Origin: a virus
Lineage: Duplodnaviria > Caudoviricetes
Direction: 5' to 3' (one strand)
Length of the DNA stretch: 62,051 nt
IMG/VR virus record: IMGVR_UViG_3300049259_000057
Span: 1 to 62,051 of that record
Shown here: one piece after another, positions 36,207 to 46,033 of the stretch
Layout: every line of letters begins with the position of its first letter
Numbering within the stretch: the first letter of the stretch is position 1
Program-made: the position numbers and the translations under genes
The notes under the pieces: generated by a model
Seen by the model: only the letters and a program-made list of their open reading frames with translations
Told to the model about the DNA's origin: nothing
Database searches by the model: none

Positions 36207-37163
36207 TTAGCTGTTCGGCCCTGCCGAGACGAGCGCCGCGAACGGGAACCGAGTCGCGCTGGTGGTGTTGAGCCGAGTCACCGGGTTCGCCGTGGCGAAC
36301 GCCAACCGCATCGTTACCCGCATGGCCACGCTGTCTTGCTGCATAAGGTTCAACACGATAGCGCCAGCGTCATTCGAAATGACACCTTCAGTGAAGAGCT
36401 TGAACGAAATGTCAGCCCTCATGCCGACGAGCGCGTCATCCCAGTCACCGGCGATGAGCTGTGCCGAGGATTCCACCCACGAACCGTTATCCACTTCGGA
36501 CAGCGGGTAGCCGTACAAATTGCCGCCCGGGGTGCCCTGGAGATTCGGCTGGTAGATCGGCAGGTTGGTGCTGGCCGAGCGCATACCGACCAGACGCCAA
36601 TTCAGGCCAGGCCGAGCCGCGAAACCGTCGATAGAATAGCCGTCCTGGGTGAGCAGTTCGCCGATCTTGGTGACGTCCTGCGCCAGGTCGACCCCGGTAC
36701 CCATGGTGACCGTGTTGCCCGCCGCGACAGCACCGTCATATAGGCTGGTGCTCCATGTGGATGGCTTGCTGACCCCGAAAAAACAGGCACCGTCGATGAG
36801 CGCGCCGATGGCTTCCGTCATTCGGGGCATGACCTCGTCCCAGATGGGGACATCCGCATCCGCTAGATACGATTCAGGGATGGGGACGATGGTCGCGATT
36901 TCCTCGGCGACGAGATTGACGTTCTTCCATTTCTGGGTGCTGGTCTGCTTCATTCCGGTGTCACCACCGACGAAATAGGCGAGCGGCAGAACGTCCAGTA
37001 CCGGCAGACGCTGGGTTTTCGCGCTCATCGGCACTTTGCGGGCGCGCTGAAGAATCGCGCACTGCTTCGGCAGTTCCTGAATGATCTGGTTGCTGACCGG
37101 CTCGGGTACGAGCGGATCGGACCCGCTGGACGCGCGAGTAATCGACTCGCCATAGTCAGGCAT
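36207..37163 (-). CDS. Major capsid protein (HK97 fold)
   Basis: LVPEPVSNQII..LP..AYFV..K..IAGDW..LMQQD.VAMR..MRLAFA; GGAG SD. Confidence 0.93.
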   Translation of the reverse strand: MPDYGESITRASSGSDPLVPEPVSNQIIQELPKQCAILQRARKVPMSAKTQRLPVLDVLPLAYFVGGDTGMKQTSTQKWKNVNLVAEEIATIVPIPESYLADADVPIWDEVMPRMTEAIGALIDGACFFGVSKPSTWSTSLYDGAVAAGNTVTMGTGVDLAQDVTKIGELLTQDGYSIDGFAARPGLNWRLVGMRSASTNLPIYQPNLQGTPGGNLYGYPLSEVDNGSWVESSAQLIAGDWDDALVGMRADISFKLFTEGVISNDAGAIVLNLMQQDSVAMRVTMRLAFATANPVTRLNTTSATRFPFAALVSAGPNS

Positions 37164-37222
37164 CGGGGTTACTCCTCCGAAATGTTGCGAGCGCCCCACT
37201 CACGCGGCTATGGCGACTCGTC

Positions 37223-37786
37223 TTACGGTGTGGTGTCGTAGCCGGCTTTACGTCGCAGCCACGCATTCATGTCTTCTGACGGCTTAGCCGTGGTCCGGGC
37301 GCCCTGTTTCAGGTCCGGTTTTGCGGGCTGCACCTTTTTCGCCAACACCTTGGCTTGCGCCAGCGCGGCATCCGGTTCGGTCGCGGTCAGAAAATCCGCC
37401 ATGTCGGCGTCAAGACCAGCCTCCCGAGCCGCTTTCATTCGAATGTCTCGAATGCGGTGCTCGCCGAGTTCTTTCTCAGCGGCGGCCAGGCGGTCGGACA
37501 GCTTCTGTGTCTCGGTTTTCTGCGCATCCTCGATATCGGCAAGCTTTTTCGCTGCGTCGGCGTTGGCCTTGGCTGCTGTCTCGTGCTTCCGGGACAGGGT
37601 CCGCCACTTCTCGGCTTGTGCCTGCCAATCGGTGTCCGTGCCGGTCGCCGTGCCGGTGTCACTGGTCGCCGTGTCGGCGGTTCCGGTGGCGGTCGTCCCG
37701 GTGTCAGTGCTCCCGGTGGTGGTTGCGGTGGTCCCGGTGTCGGTGGTCGTGCCTGTACTGGTGCCTGTGGTTGCCGTGTCGGCCAT
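37223..37786 (-). CDS. Capsid scaffolding protein
   Basis: Thr-rich N-terminus; DWQAQAEKW..LSRKHE..AK.N...KTE.QK; DMNAWLR. Confidence 0.85.
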   Translation of the reverse strand: MADTATTGTSTGTTTDTGTTATTTGSTDTGTTATGTADTATSDTGTATGTDTDWQAQAEKWRTLSRKHETAAKANADAAKKLADIEDAQKTETQKLSDRLAAAEKELGEHRIRDIRMKAAREAGLDADMADFLTATEPDAALAQAKVLAKKVQPAKPDLKQGARTTAKPSEDMNAWLRRKAGYDTTP

Positions 37787-37841
37787 ATCGGGTGTCCCTG
37801 TCGGGGTATCGGCGCCGTGTCGGTGCCGTGGGTGGTGCGGG

Positions 37842-39314
37842 CTAGCTGGCGGCTTGCGGAATGGGTGCCTTCGGGATGGGTGGAACGGCACCAGTGCCGG
37901 CGGCCGGGGCCGAGCCGTTCGAGCTGGCCGCCGGAACCGGGTCGGCTGGCGCTGCCGCCGCCGCCGCGAGGGCGATCACCTTGGCGTCCGATTTCCGTTC
38001 GGCGTCCATCCGCTCGATTTCTTGGGGCGACTTGTCCAGCATTTCCATGCGGGTGCGCCAAGGCACGTCGGATGCCTTGAGTTGCACGCTGGCCGACGCC
38101 ATTTCGGTCAACGTCCGGAATTGCGGGTCTTTCCAGATGACTTCGGCATCGTCCGGGACCGTTTTCCCAAGAACTTTGCCGGCCAATCGGTAGACGGCTT
38201 CCCAGGATTCACCGAATTCCTGCTCCCGTTCCGCCACTTTGCAGGTCAACCCGACCTCGGCTTGCGCCAAGGCGTCGCCGCTGGCGTTCACGATTTGGCC
38301 GACCAGATAATGGGGCGGACACCGGGTGATGGCGGCCAACGTCTGCACCGACGAATCAATGGCGGCAATCAGCGGCCGAAGGTCGGTCGAACCAAACTCG
38401 CCGAATTCGGCTTTTTCTTCCGGGGTGACCCACAGGAGATCAGCCCCCGGATCGAAAAGGGTCTGCGGATTGCCCTTGTCGTCTTCCGGATCGACACCTT
38501 TCACCCATCGCTGTTTATACGCCTGCATCGCAGAAATGACAGACAGGTCAAGCGTCAAGGTGTTGATGCGGTCTTGAACGTCGCAGACATCCTCGAATTC
38601 CCCGAGCCCGTTACCCGCCAAATCCGGCCGACACACGAAGGGCACCACCGGCACCTCGCCGAGCGGATTCTCCGCGACCCCGTCCGGGGCGAAACCGTTG
38701 GCAACGTCAATATCCCAGGTGGCCGGTTTCCATGCGGTTCGCACTTTATTCAGCGGTGTCCGGGACCGGTAATAGTGCACGGTGTCCGGTAGATAGAGCA
38801 CTGCGAACGCCAGATTTTCGACGTCGTCGGCCCACAGTTTCAGGGCGGCCCGAATGAGATACCGGTCAGCCGGGGCGGATTCGTGGATCACTTGCCGGGG
38901 GTCTTCCCCCGTGACGAGGGGCGTTCCGTTCTGGTCGCCCACGATCACGTACGACCGGGACATGACCACGGCGGCCCGATGCACCAGGCCGCTATTCGCG
39001 TCCATCCGGTTGGCTTGCCACCAACCCCACGCGGCGGTGTCCGTGGTGTCGCTGCCGGTGCCGCCGACCCGAAACCCCGTCACTTTCATGCGCTCTAGCA
39101 GCGTTTCCGCGACCAAGCCGACGTAATTGGACCTCGATTGTTTCTGTAGCCGCTTATATGCTTCCCGCATTTTCCGGTTGCCGAACGGAAGCGGATGCCG
39201 TCCCTTGTGATATGCCTCTAGCCGGTCGAATCGAGGCCGATCGGTGGTGAGTCGCTGGCCGAGCCTGAGAAGCCACCAGCCGGGGGCACCGGGGGTTGTG
39301 GTGTCGTCCAGCAC
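37842..39314 (-). CDS. Portal protein (SPP1 gp6-like)
   Basis: NYVGLV..ER..GF, WQAN, NPLGEVPVVPF, QDRIN, SGDAL, W.DP. Confidence 0.93.
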   Translation of the reverse strand: MLDDTTTPGAPGWWLLRLGQRLTTDRPRFDRLEAYHKGRHPLPFGNRKMREAYKRLQKQSRSNYVGLVAETLLERMKVTGFRVGGTGSDTTDTAAWGWWQANRMDANSGLVHRAAVVMSRSYVIVGDQNGTPLVTGEDPRQVIHESAPADRYLIRAALKLWADDVENLAFAVLYLPDTVHYYRSRTPLNKVRTAWKPATWDIDVANGFAPDGVAENPLGEVPVVPFVCRPDLAGNGLGEFEDVCDVQDRINTLTLDLSVISAMQAYKQRWVKGVDPEDDKGNPQTLFDPGADLLWVTPEEKAEFGEFGSTDLRPLIAAIDSSVQTLAAITRCPPHYLVGQIVNASGDALAQAEVGLTCKVAEREQEFGESWEAVYRLAGKVLGKTVPDDAEVIWKDPQFRTLTEMASASVQLKASDVPWRTRMEMLDKSPQEIERMDAERKSDAKVIALAAAAAAPADPVPAASSNGSAPAAGTGAVPPIPKAPIPQAAS

Positions 39315-39344
39315 GGCGCCCCCCTGCTAGTTGACTGGTGAGCG

Positions 39345-39590
39345 CTACAGGGTCGGTGGCACAACCGGCGGTGCGACAGTCGCCAAGCTGGGCGGTAGTG
39401 GGCGCGGCGTGTGTTTCGCCAGCCACGCGGCCACGAACGTCACGGCGCCTGTCACCAGGGCACCCACCATGGCGGTCACCATGGCCGGCACGGCGCCGTG
39501 AAACACGCTGACACCCAGCCACATCACGAGGAACCCGGTCACAGCAGACGCCACGGTGGCGACGGTGACCTTCGTTTCCACACCAGCCAT
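39345..39590 (-). CDS. Two-TM holin-like protein
   Basis: VETKV..ATVA..two TMs..TFVAAWLAKHTPR. Confidence 0.55.
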   Translation of the reverse strand: MAGVETKVTVATVASAVTGFLVMWLGVSVFHGAVPAMVTAMVGALVTGAVTFVAAWLAKHTPRPLPPSLATVAPPVVPPTL

Positions 39591-39604
39591 GCGCACCGCC
39601 TTGA

Positions 39605-40924
39605 TCATCGAGCGTCCAATCTGGACAGAACCAAAGGAATGTAGGCCGCTTCCCGTTCGATGCCGACGCACCGGAAACCCTCGTCCCGTGCGGCCTGGGC
39701 CGTGGTGCCCGAACCGAGAAACGGGTCTAGCACAACTCCACCGGGCGGTGTCACCAGCCGCACCAACCATTGCATGAGGGCGAGTGGTTTCACCGTGGCG
39801 TGCGAGACGCCGTCCACTTTCGGCCGTTCCGACGTGGGCGCTTTAGCCTGATAGCGGAACGCGGGAAAGAATCGAGACGCGCCACCAGAGTCATTGTGAC
39901 CACGAACAGTATTCGGCCCTGACAGCCCTTTTCCATTGCCATAGACCATGTTCTGTCCGGCGCCGTCCCGCGTGCCACGATAAGAAGCAACCGCAACACT
40001 GACCCCGCTCTGGGCGTCCAGTTCCGCGACCGGGCAACCCGGCGCACAGTCCGTGTCACAGTCGGGCGCGTGGGATAGCACCACATTCGCGGGCCAGCGA
40101 CCAACGTGCGAAGGCGACCAACCCCCTAGCGGGCTAGATGCGCCCATGATTCCGCCACTACGGCGCGTACCACTTGCCGATGCAATAGGGCCGCCGTTCA
40201 CGCGGCACCCGTCGATGTTCAACGCCCCGGTGCCGTGCGCCAGCACTGTGGCGGCCACCGTGCCAGACAACGGTTTCCGGGCCACCACAATGGGCTCGTG
40301 GGCTGGTTTCAGGGCTGTCCCCCAGCCTTGCCACTGGCGCGCGGCATCGGTAGCGGGCGCCGAGAGATACTTGCCTTTAGCGTCCTGCGTTCCATAGGTA
40401 ACACCGTTTCCCCATTCAACGGTACGCCCCGAACTATGATGCACACTTGGTCCAATGATCTCACGCTCGGCGCCAGCCGCCTTATCAATCGCCTTGCCCA
40501 CGTCCAGCGATTTCGGGAACCCCGATCCGTATAGCCAGTCAATCGAGTCGCGTATCTCGAATCCGGCATCCTCGATAGCGCACACCAGCCGGTGCCAGGT
40601 GCGGGTACCGCCGAACGCCACGAGATGCCCGCCGGGGGTGAGCACGCGCCAGCATTCCCGCCACACGTCCGGCCGAAATGCTATGCCGGTGGCGTCCCAT
40701 GTCTGGCCCATGAATCCCCCGGACGCCTCACCTATCCGCGTCCGCCCGTGCGGGGTAGCGGGGTCATTGGTACGTGGTGAACCGTTGCGGCTAGTAGTCG
40801 TCAAATCGTATGGCGGGTCAGTAACAATGGCGTGCACCGATGCATCCGGCATAAGTGGCAACACGTCCAGACAGTCACCCAGGTACACTGTGACATCCGG
40901 GTCAGCATAAGCGGGCGCCAGCAT
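39605..40924 (-). CDS. DNA methyltransferase (N6-A/N4-C, beta class)
   Basis: IVTDPPY motif IV; HATVKP..L..LV..PGG.VLDPFLGSGTT motif I. Confidence 0.93.
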   Translation of the reverse strand: MLAPAYADPDVTVYLGDCLDVLPLMPDASVHAIVTDPPYDLTTTSRNGSPRTNDPATPHGRTRIGEASGGFMGQTWDATGIAFRPDVWRECWRVLTPGGHLVAFGGTRTWHRLVCAIEDAGFEIRDSIDWLYGSGFPKSLDVGKAIDKAAGAEREIIGPSVHHSSGRTVEWGNGVTYGTQDAKGKYLSAPATDAARQWQGWGTALKPAHEPIVVARKPLSGTVAATVLAHGTGALNIDGCRVNGGPIASASGTRRSGGIMGASSPLGGWSPSHVGRWPANVVLSHAPDCDTDCAPGCPVAELDAQSGVSVAVASYRGTRDGAGQNMVYGNGKGLSGPNTVRGHNDSGGASRFFPAFRYQAKAPTSERPKVDGVSHATVKPLALMQWLVRLVTPPGGVVLDPFLGSGTTAQAARDEGFRCVGIEREAAYIPLVLSRLDAR

Positions 40925-40933
40925 TCACGCCCC

Positions 40934-42574
40934 CTAGAACCGGTACAGTTTCCGGGTTTTCCGCTTCTCGGTGCGCACACCGGACGCCACGGCATCGGCT
41001 CTGGCTTCATACGCCAGCACGGCGGCCACCGCCGCGTCGATCTTGCGGTCGGATTGTGGGTGTTCCTTGGCGATCGTGATCCCGGACCGGCCCAGCCGTC
41101 GCCGAGCGTTCAACACGTGCCGTGTCAGCACCGAATCACCGTCATGGGTGAGCCGTTTCTCAACCACGGCATCATGGAACCTGGCCAACACGTCGACCAT
41201 CACTTTGGGACGGTTCGTCCACCATTCGAGCGGCCGGGTAGCCGATGCCTTGACGCACAAGCGTTCCCCGTATTCACGGCTCCACCGGTCGACGTAGTCC
41301 TGCCAATGCGGCGGGTCACAGTAGAAGCCCACCACGTCGTACCGGTCGAACGCGCCCGCCACGGTGGCGTCTACCGCTTCCCGGTCCACTTCCCAGGATT
41401 CCCGTTGTGTGACGGGTTTTTCCCAGCAGCCGAGTAGCGAGACGTAACCGTCCGACACGCGGCAAGCCACCAACGCTGTGCTGTCGGATCGAATCGCACC
41501 ATCGAATCCGAGAGTGATCGTGTCGCCATCATGCAACATGTCCGGCGCGGTGCACGCCGACCACTCTTCAGCGGCAATCCACGCGTCGGATGCCGAGGTG
41601 CGGGCGTTGAGAAAGTAGCGGCGGGAGTCAATGACGTCGGCACGCGGGTCGTAGAACTCGTCCACAATGGCCGCCAGGTCGATCCAGGCCAGCGCATCGC
41701 CGTATGCGTCCTGAATGGCGGCCCGCAATGCGGACTCGTTGGTCAGGTCGCCGCACTCGCCCCAACGGTGATCGAACAGTGCCCGTGAACGGCGCGCCCG
41801 TCCCTCGCGAATCGCTTCCGCCAGCTCATAGGTCGACTCGGCGATGGAGTTTTGACCCGGCATAAACATCGTGGTGGTTTCCAGATACCACGGTTCAGCG
41901 ATTCTGCGCCGCTTCACCAGGTTCCGGGTCACCACTTTATGCATCTGCCGCAGTTCAGCGGTGTTATACAGGTGACTTTCGTCGAAAATGGCAAACGTCT
42001 CTTTACCGCCGTCCTTACTGGACGAGGCCGCTGTCGACGGGGTGATTTCACCGCCGTCCGGCAACAGGATGCGGGTCAAACCGGCGTCCACACCGGGCAC
42101 CGTCGACAGCGGCCCATCGGTCAGGTTATAGACCACCGAGTCATAGACGTTGCCGGTCTGCTGCTCTTCCGTGGCCATGCACCGGACGTAGGGAACCGCG
42201 ACCGGCCGCCCCATCGGCTCGCCCCGGGTGTAGCGGTACCGGAAACCCTGCCAGGCGTACACCTCGCCGCCCTCGGCCCACCCGGCGAACCGGCACGGGC
42301 CGAGGGCTTCAACGAGCGCCAGGCGGGCCGCTAGGCCGCTCTTGTCGGCACCTTTGGGGCGGGACAGGAACGCCGAGTCATACAGCCGGCGGCCATCCTC
42401 GCCCAGCGCGTACACGTCGGCCAGGAACCCGGAGATCTCGTCCCCGTGGACCACCGGGTCACCCTGTATGTCACCGGGCCCGTGGACGGTGAATCGCTCT
42501 AGCCACGCCAACACCAACCAACCGAGCGACCGTGACCGGTCGTGCCCCGGGGCCCGTACCAGCGACCGGGGCAC
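40934..42574 (-). CDS. Terminase large subunit
   Basis: RPKGADKS Walker A, IFDESH Walker B, LGFDG..DSTA and KIDAAVA nuclease motifs. Confidence 0.95.
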   Translation of the reverse strand: MPRSLVRAPGHDRSRSLGWLVLAWLERFTVHGPGDIQGDPVVHGDEISGFLADVYALGEDGRRLYDSAFLSRPKGADKSGLAARLALVEALGPCRFAGWAEGGEVYAWQGFRYRYTRGEPMGRPVAVPYVRCMATEEQQTGNVYDSVVYNLTDGPLSTVPGVDAGLTRILLPDGGEITPSTAASSSKDGGKETFAIFDESHLYNTAELRQMHKVVTRNLVKRRRIAEPWYLETTTMFMPGQNSIAESTYELAEAIREGRARRSRALFDHRWGECGDLTNESALRAAIQDAYGDALAWIDLAAIVDEFYDPRADVIDSRRYFLNARTSASDAWIAAEEWSACTAPDMLHDGDTITLGFDGAIRSDSTALVACRVSDGYVSLLGCWEKPVTQRESWEVDREAVDATVAGAFDRYDVVGFYCDPPHWQDYVDRWSREYGERLCVKASATRPLEWWTNRPKVMVDVLARFHDAVVEKRLTHDGDSVLTRHVLNARRRLGRSGITIAKEHPQSDRKIDAAVAAVLAYEARADAVASGVRTEKRKTRKLYRF

Positions 42575-42580
42575 TGTGCA

Positions 42581-43030
42581 TCACCCGGACAGGCGGGAAC
42601 GGCGAGACGCGATATCGGTGACGTCCGGCGAGTCGATGCCGTCATCGTCGGTGTCACCGGGCTGAATGAGGTTCATTCGCAACGTAACCCGGTCGCTCAC
42701 CGTTGCACCGAACCGACTCACGCGCTGCCGCAGTTCCGACGCGGCACCGGTACGCCCGTGCGCCCACATCTCGTGATGGAGAATGGCGGTGGCCAATAGT
42801 TCCTGCCAATCGGTGTCGACCATTTTCATGGCCTGGGCCGATACTCGCCAGGTTTCCCACCACTGCACCGTCATCGGGTGCCAGTCCTCACCGTCGAGTA
42901 GAACACCCACGGGGAGCGGGAAACCGCGTTTGACGCCGTCCCATTCCAGAGCCTCGAACGTCGCCAAGAGGCGCCGCTGGTCACGGGGGCGCGAGCGTTG
43001 CAATGTGGTCAGTGTTCCGCGTGCCGGCAT
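42581..43030 (-). CDS. Terminase small subunit
   Basis: WHP.T..WW..W..S..TDW..L..A..H..ELRQR..FGAT..DR; directly upstream of TerL. Confidence 0.85.
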   Translation of the reverse strand: MPARGTLTTLQRSRPRDQRRLLATFEALEWDGVKRGFPLPVGVLLDGEDWHPMTVQWWETWRVSAQAMKMVDTDWQELLATAILHHEMWAHGRTGAASELRQRVSRFGATVSDRVTLRMNLIQPGDTDDDGIDSPDVTDIASRRSRLSG

Positions 43031-43047
43031 GGTTGTTCACCTCCTGG

Positions 43048-43263
43048 TCAGTCGAGCCATTCGACACGGGTGAGTCCGTTGTGGCCGTGTATCGCCATGG
43101 CGTGATCGAGGTTGCGCCAGTGGGCCAGGGACGAATGTTCGCCATGCCACCGGAGTGTGACGCTCTCGTCCGTCCACTGGACGCCCTCGGCGACGCGGCC
43201 GGTACCGGAGAGACCCGTCACGTCCTGGTCTCGGACAAGGTCGAACCGACGTGGCGTGTGCAT
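43048..43263 (-). CDS. Phage hypothetical protein
   Basis: RRF.L.R..DVTG.SGTG.VAEGV; GAGGA SD. Confidence 0.75.
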   Translation of the reverse strand: MHTPRRFDLVRDQDVTGLSGTGRVAEGVQWTDESVTLRWHGEHSSLAHWRNLDHAMAIHGHNGLTRVEWLD

Positions 43264-43500
43264 TCAGTCCTCTTCAAAAATCAGCGTGTAATTCTGGCCT
43301 ATCTCGAACAGGTCGGCGGCACGGCCGTTGAGTGTCATGTTCAGATTCAGGTGCGGGGTGGCCATTGCCCACTCCCGATTCACTTGCTGGCCATCGGAAT
43401 CAAGGTAATTCGGCCCGAACACGACGAGCGCATTGCGGTTATCGCCCTCGCCGCCTTCACTCTTGCTATTACAGCGGATCTTGGCGGTAATCTGCGGCAT
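43264..43500 (-). CDS. Phage hypothetical protein
   Basis: N.EWA.ATP...M.....A..FE.G..Y.L.F; AAGG SD. Confidence 0.75.
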   Translation of the reverse strand: MPQITAKIRCNSKSEGGEGDNRNALVVFGPNYLDSDGQQVNREWAMATPHLNLNMTLNGRAADLFEIGQNYTLIFEED

Positions 43501-43735
43501 TGCCGACCTTTCAAGAATCATTCAACCGCTCATAGTCAGGACGCAATAGACTCGATTAGCTGAAATGCGACAATTGGAGGTGCGAATTGCGACCCTCCGA
43601 AACTCCCGGTTCCGCTGATCTTGGAAAAGGGGATCGCACCCCCCCCATTCGGACACATGCGACGCGTGTGGCGGTTACAGCGCGCCAAGTACGGTCTGGA
43701 GGAACTGGAGAATGCACTGGAGTAGCGACATGATT

Positions 43736-44044
43736 TCACCTCCTGTTGCTCAACCCGGGGTGTTGTTCGGGTAGTCGTTTCTCGCGAACGGCCCAGCGCG
43801 CCCGGTTGCCTTCTGCGCTGCTCTTGTATCGGTGGCAGTGCGGTGGAGCGTGGTCGTGCACGGCGGCTAGGTTGCTGTCGCTGTGGTCATCGCCTGGCTG
43901 TATGTGGTCCACGGTGTCGGCGCCGTATTGGCCGCACAGGTAACAGATGCCGTGGTCTCGCGCGAGGATGCGGGGCACGATGACGGTGGACCAGTGGGGC
44001 GGTAGGCGTGTGCGCCTGGTGCTGCCGTGCCATGAACCTGGCAT
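43736..44044 (-). CDS. HNH endonuclease (packaging-associated)
   Basis: ILARD..CYLC..ADTVDHI.PGDDHS..NL...CH..KS. Confidence 0.92.
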   Translation of the reverse strand: MPGSWHGSTRRTRLPPHWSTVIVPRILARDHGICYLCGQYGADTVDHIQPGDDHSDSNLAAVHDHAPPHCHRYKSSAEGNRARWAVREKRLPEQHPGLSNRR

Positions 44045-44046
44045 GG

Positions 44047-44223
44047 CTACCGCTGTGTGGCCCAGGGCATGTATGTGTCGTAGTGCCCGATGGTGCCAGC
44101 GTTGGTGTCCCGCGTGCTGGTGCCGGTGTCTGCGGTGACACGAGTGCCACTGGTGTCCCGGTCGCCCTGGTTGTCAGACAGTCGCCCGTCTGCTGGGGTG
44201 CCTGGATTGGGCTTGCCGCCCAT
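44047..44223 (-). CDS. Small hypothetical protein
   Basis: GGAAGGTG SD; MGGKPNPGTPADGRL. Confidence 0.6.
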   Translation of the reverse strand: MGGKPNPGTPADGRLSDNQGDRDTSGTRVTADTGTSTRDTNAGTIGHYDTYMPWATQR

Positions 44224-44245
44224 GGTGATCACCTTCCTGTGTCCA

Positions 44246-44659
44246 CTAGTGACAGTTGAGCGCCTTGTTGCCGTCACGCAATGTGGCGTAAGCATTGTCG
44301 TACCACACTGGACCACGGGGGTTCAGTACAGGATTGTCACGCACCTGCACCGAATACGAGTTGATGAACAACTGGTACAGCGGACACAGCACTTTCTGTC
44401 GGACAACGAGTCCGTTTGCCTGGGTGTCTTGCACCACGCGTGTGGTGTCGCTGAGTTGCGCGAGTCCGACATACACGAACACAGTCAGCATGATGTCCAG
44501 GAGGAAGCTGACGGCCAATGCCGCCAATACCGCCTCGGATCGCCGCGTGCGCCGCGTGATGCGCGCTGCCGTAATGTTCAGCGCGTCAACGGCGGTAATG
44601 AGCGTGTCCGCTTCACTCGCCAATTTGTCAAGGCGTTGCTGTGTTTCCACGCTGTCCAT
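44246..44659 (-). CDS. Single-TM membrane protein
   Basis: Coiled coil, TM, C-terminal Cys pair. Confidence 0.7.
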   Translation of the reverse strand: MDSVETQQRLDKLASEADTLITAVDALNITAARITRRTRRSEAVLAALAVSFLLDIMLTVFVYVGLAQLSDTTRVVQDTQANGLVVRQKVLCPLYQLFINSYSVQVRDNPVLNPRGPVWYDNAYATLRDGNKALNCH

Positions 44660-44802
44660 TGTCGCCTACCCGATCGGCAAGTTTCTTCAGACGTTTGATT
44701 TCAGCATTCAGGGACCGCGTGTACGCCGACAGGTTTTCCGTGGTGGCCAACAAGTCACGGCGCATGTTACGGGTTTCGGCGAGTAGCTGACGGTCGTCGA
44801 GG

Positions 44803-45054
44803 TCATTTGACGCGTCCGTGTTGTCGGACAAACGCCAACGCTTCCGCAATCGCTTTAGTCGCATCATGAAGTACCACCGAATACCCGGTATTGATGGTTT
44901 TGTTGAGTTCGCGGAGTTCGCTTTCGAGGCGGTCAGCGCGGTCACGTTCCCGTTTCTGGTCACGTTCCATCCGTCCGAATAGGACGCGGACCGCCACGAG
45001 GGCCAGCGCAGCGATGACACCGACAGCGCCGTATTGGGCAAAGGTGGTATCCAT
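44803..45054 (-). CDS. Single-TM plus coiled-coil protein (holin-like)
   Basis: AQYGAVGVIAALALVAVRVLF..ERDRADRLE.EL..LN. Confidence 0.7.
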   Translation of the reverse strand: MDTTFAQYGAVGVIAALALVAVRVLFGRMERDQKRERDRADRLESELRELNKTINTGYSVVLHDATKAIAEALAFVRQHGRVK

Positions 45055-45191
45055 CAGGAATTATCTGTGGCCGGATCACACCCGACGGCACCGTGTCCCA
45101 TATTCCGCACGGCGATCACCTGACCCGGGTGTCCTGTGTGCACAGTGATCCGCCACGAACCGTGACACACGATCTGGACTCCTGTCAAATG

Positions 45192-45368
45192 TTAAACGCC
45201 ATTTACGGTTCGACGAGATATGTAGTCCGCAATGGACGCCAGGTCATAGCCCCGGTTCGCACGGCGGATGTGCCCCCGACACACCCACTGACGCAACGTG
45301 TCAGGCGTACACGGGTAGCCGCTGCGGACGACGAACATGGCCGCTAGCTCGGCCGGGACAGGTTTCAT
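45192..45368 (-). CDS. Small wHTH DNA-binding protein
   Basis: TPDTLRQWVCRGHI..GYDL; AGGAGG SD. Confidence 0.7.
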   Translation of the reverse strand: MKPVPAELAAMFVVRSGYPCTPDTLRQWVCRGHIRRANRGYDLASIADYISRRTVNGV

Positions 45369-46033
45369 GTGGTCGACTCCTCCTCCTGTGCCTGGTGAAG
45401 CCTCACCAGTTTGTATCCGTCGTACTGGGCACCACACATCGGACACCGGATGCTCGTCCCGCCTTCCGGCAGCCGCAACGGAGCACCACAACGCCGCTCG
45501 TCCACGGTCGCTGTGCAATGGCCCACCACCGGGGGCGCACGCTCATCAGTGACCGCGCGGAGCTGGGCGCGCACGTCGGTCAGTTCCTGGGCGAACTGGG
45601 CCAGTGTCTCAGATGGGAATTCGCGCACAATCCAGTCCAAATGGAACAGCAGTGTCACCACTTCGGTATCCACGGTCGCTGACGTGGTGGGTGCGATGAG
45701 TCGCCACGAGCGGACACCGGAAGCCCACGCATAGGTCACTTCTAGTGGCGAGCGTAGATCACCGGGCGCGGTTGCCGTGGTGCGTACATCGCGTAGGGCC
45801 ATCACATGCAGATTGCCCGGTGGTGTCGATGCGAACCCGGGTGTTCGCCGTTCCGCTAGACCAGTGCCAGCCGGCAACAATGCGCTGTCGGGCACGATGC
45901 GGCGCCATCGCTCAACGATTTCATGCAAGGTGTCCCGCAACCGCGTCACGCATCGGTCACAGCATCGGTATCCGTCCGGCGCTGGATACGGGTGTCCGTC
46001 GCGAGTGATGCACCCGAGCGCACACGCGGTCAT
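45365..46033 (-). CDS. Zn-ribbon protein (possible late regulator with the downstream HTH)
   Basis: CCDRC; GHC..CGAPL..IRCPMCG; precedes the late genes. Confidence 0.7.
   Translation of the reverse strand: MTACALGCITRDGHPYPAPDGYRCCDRCVTRLRDTLHEIVERWRRIVPDSALLPAGTGLAERRTPGFASTPPGNLHVMALRDVRTTATAPGDLRSPLEVTYAWASGVRSWRLIAPTTSATVDTEVVTLLFHLDWIVREFPSETLAQFAQELTDVRAQLRAVTDERAPPVVGHCTATVDERRCGAPLRLPEGGTSIRCPMCGAQYDGYKLVRLHQAQEEESTT

Noticed and set aside
37269-38792. 507-aa plus-strand ORF
   Set aside because: Antisense shadow of the scaffold and portal genes.
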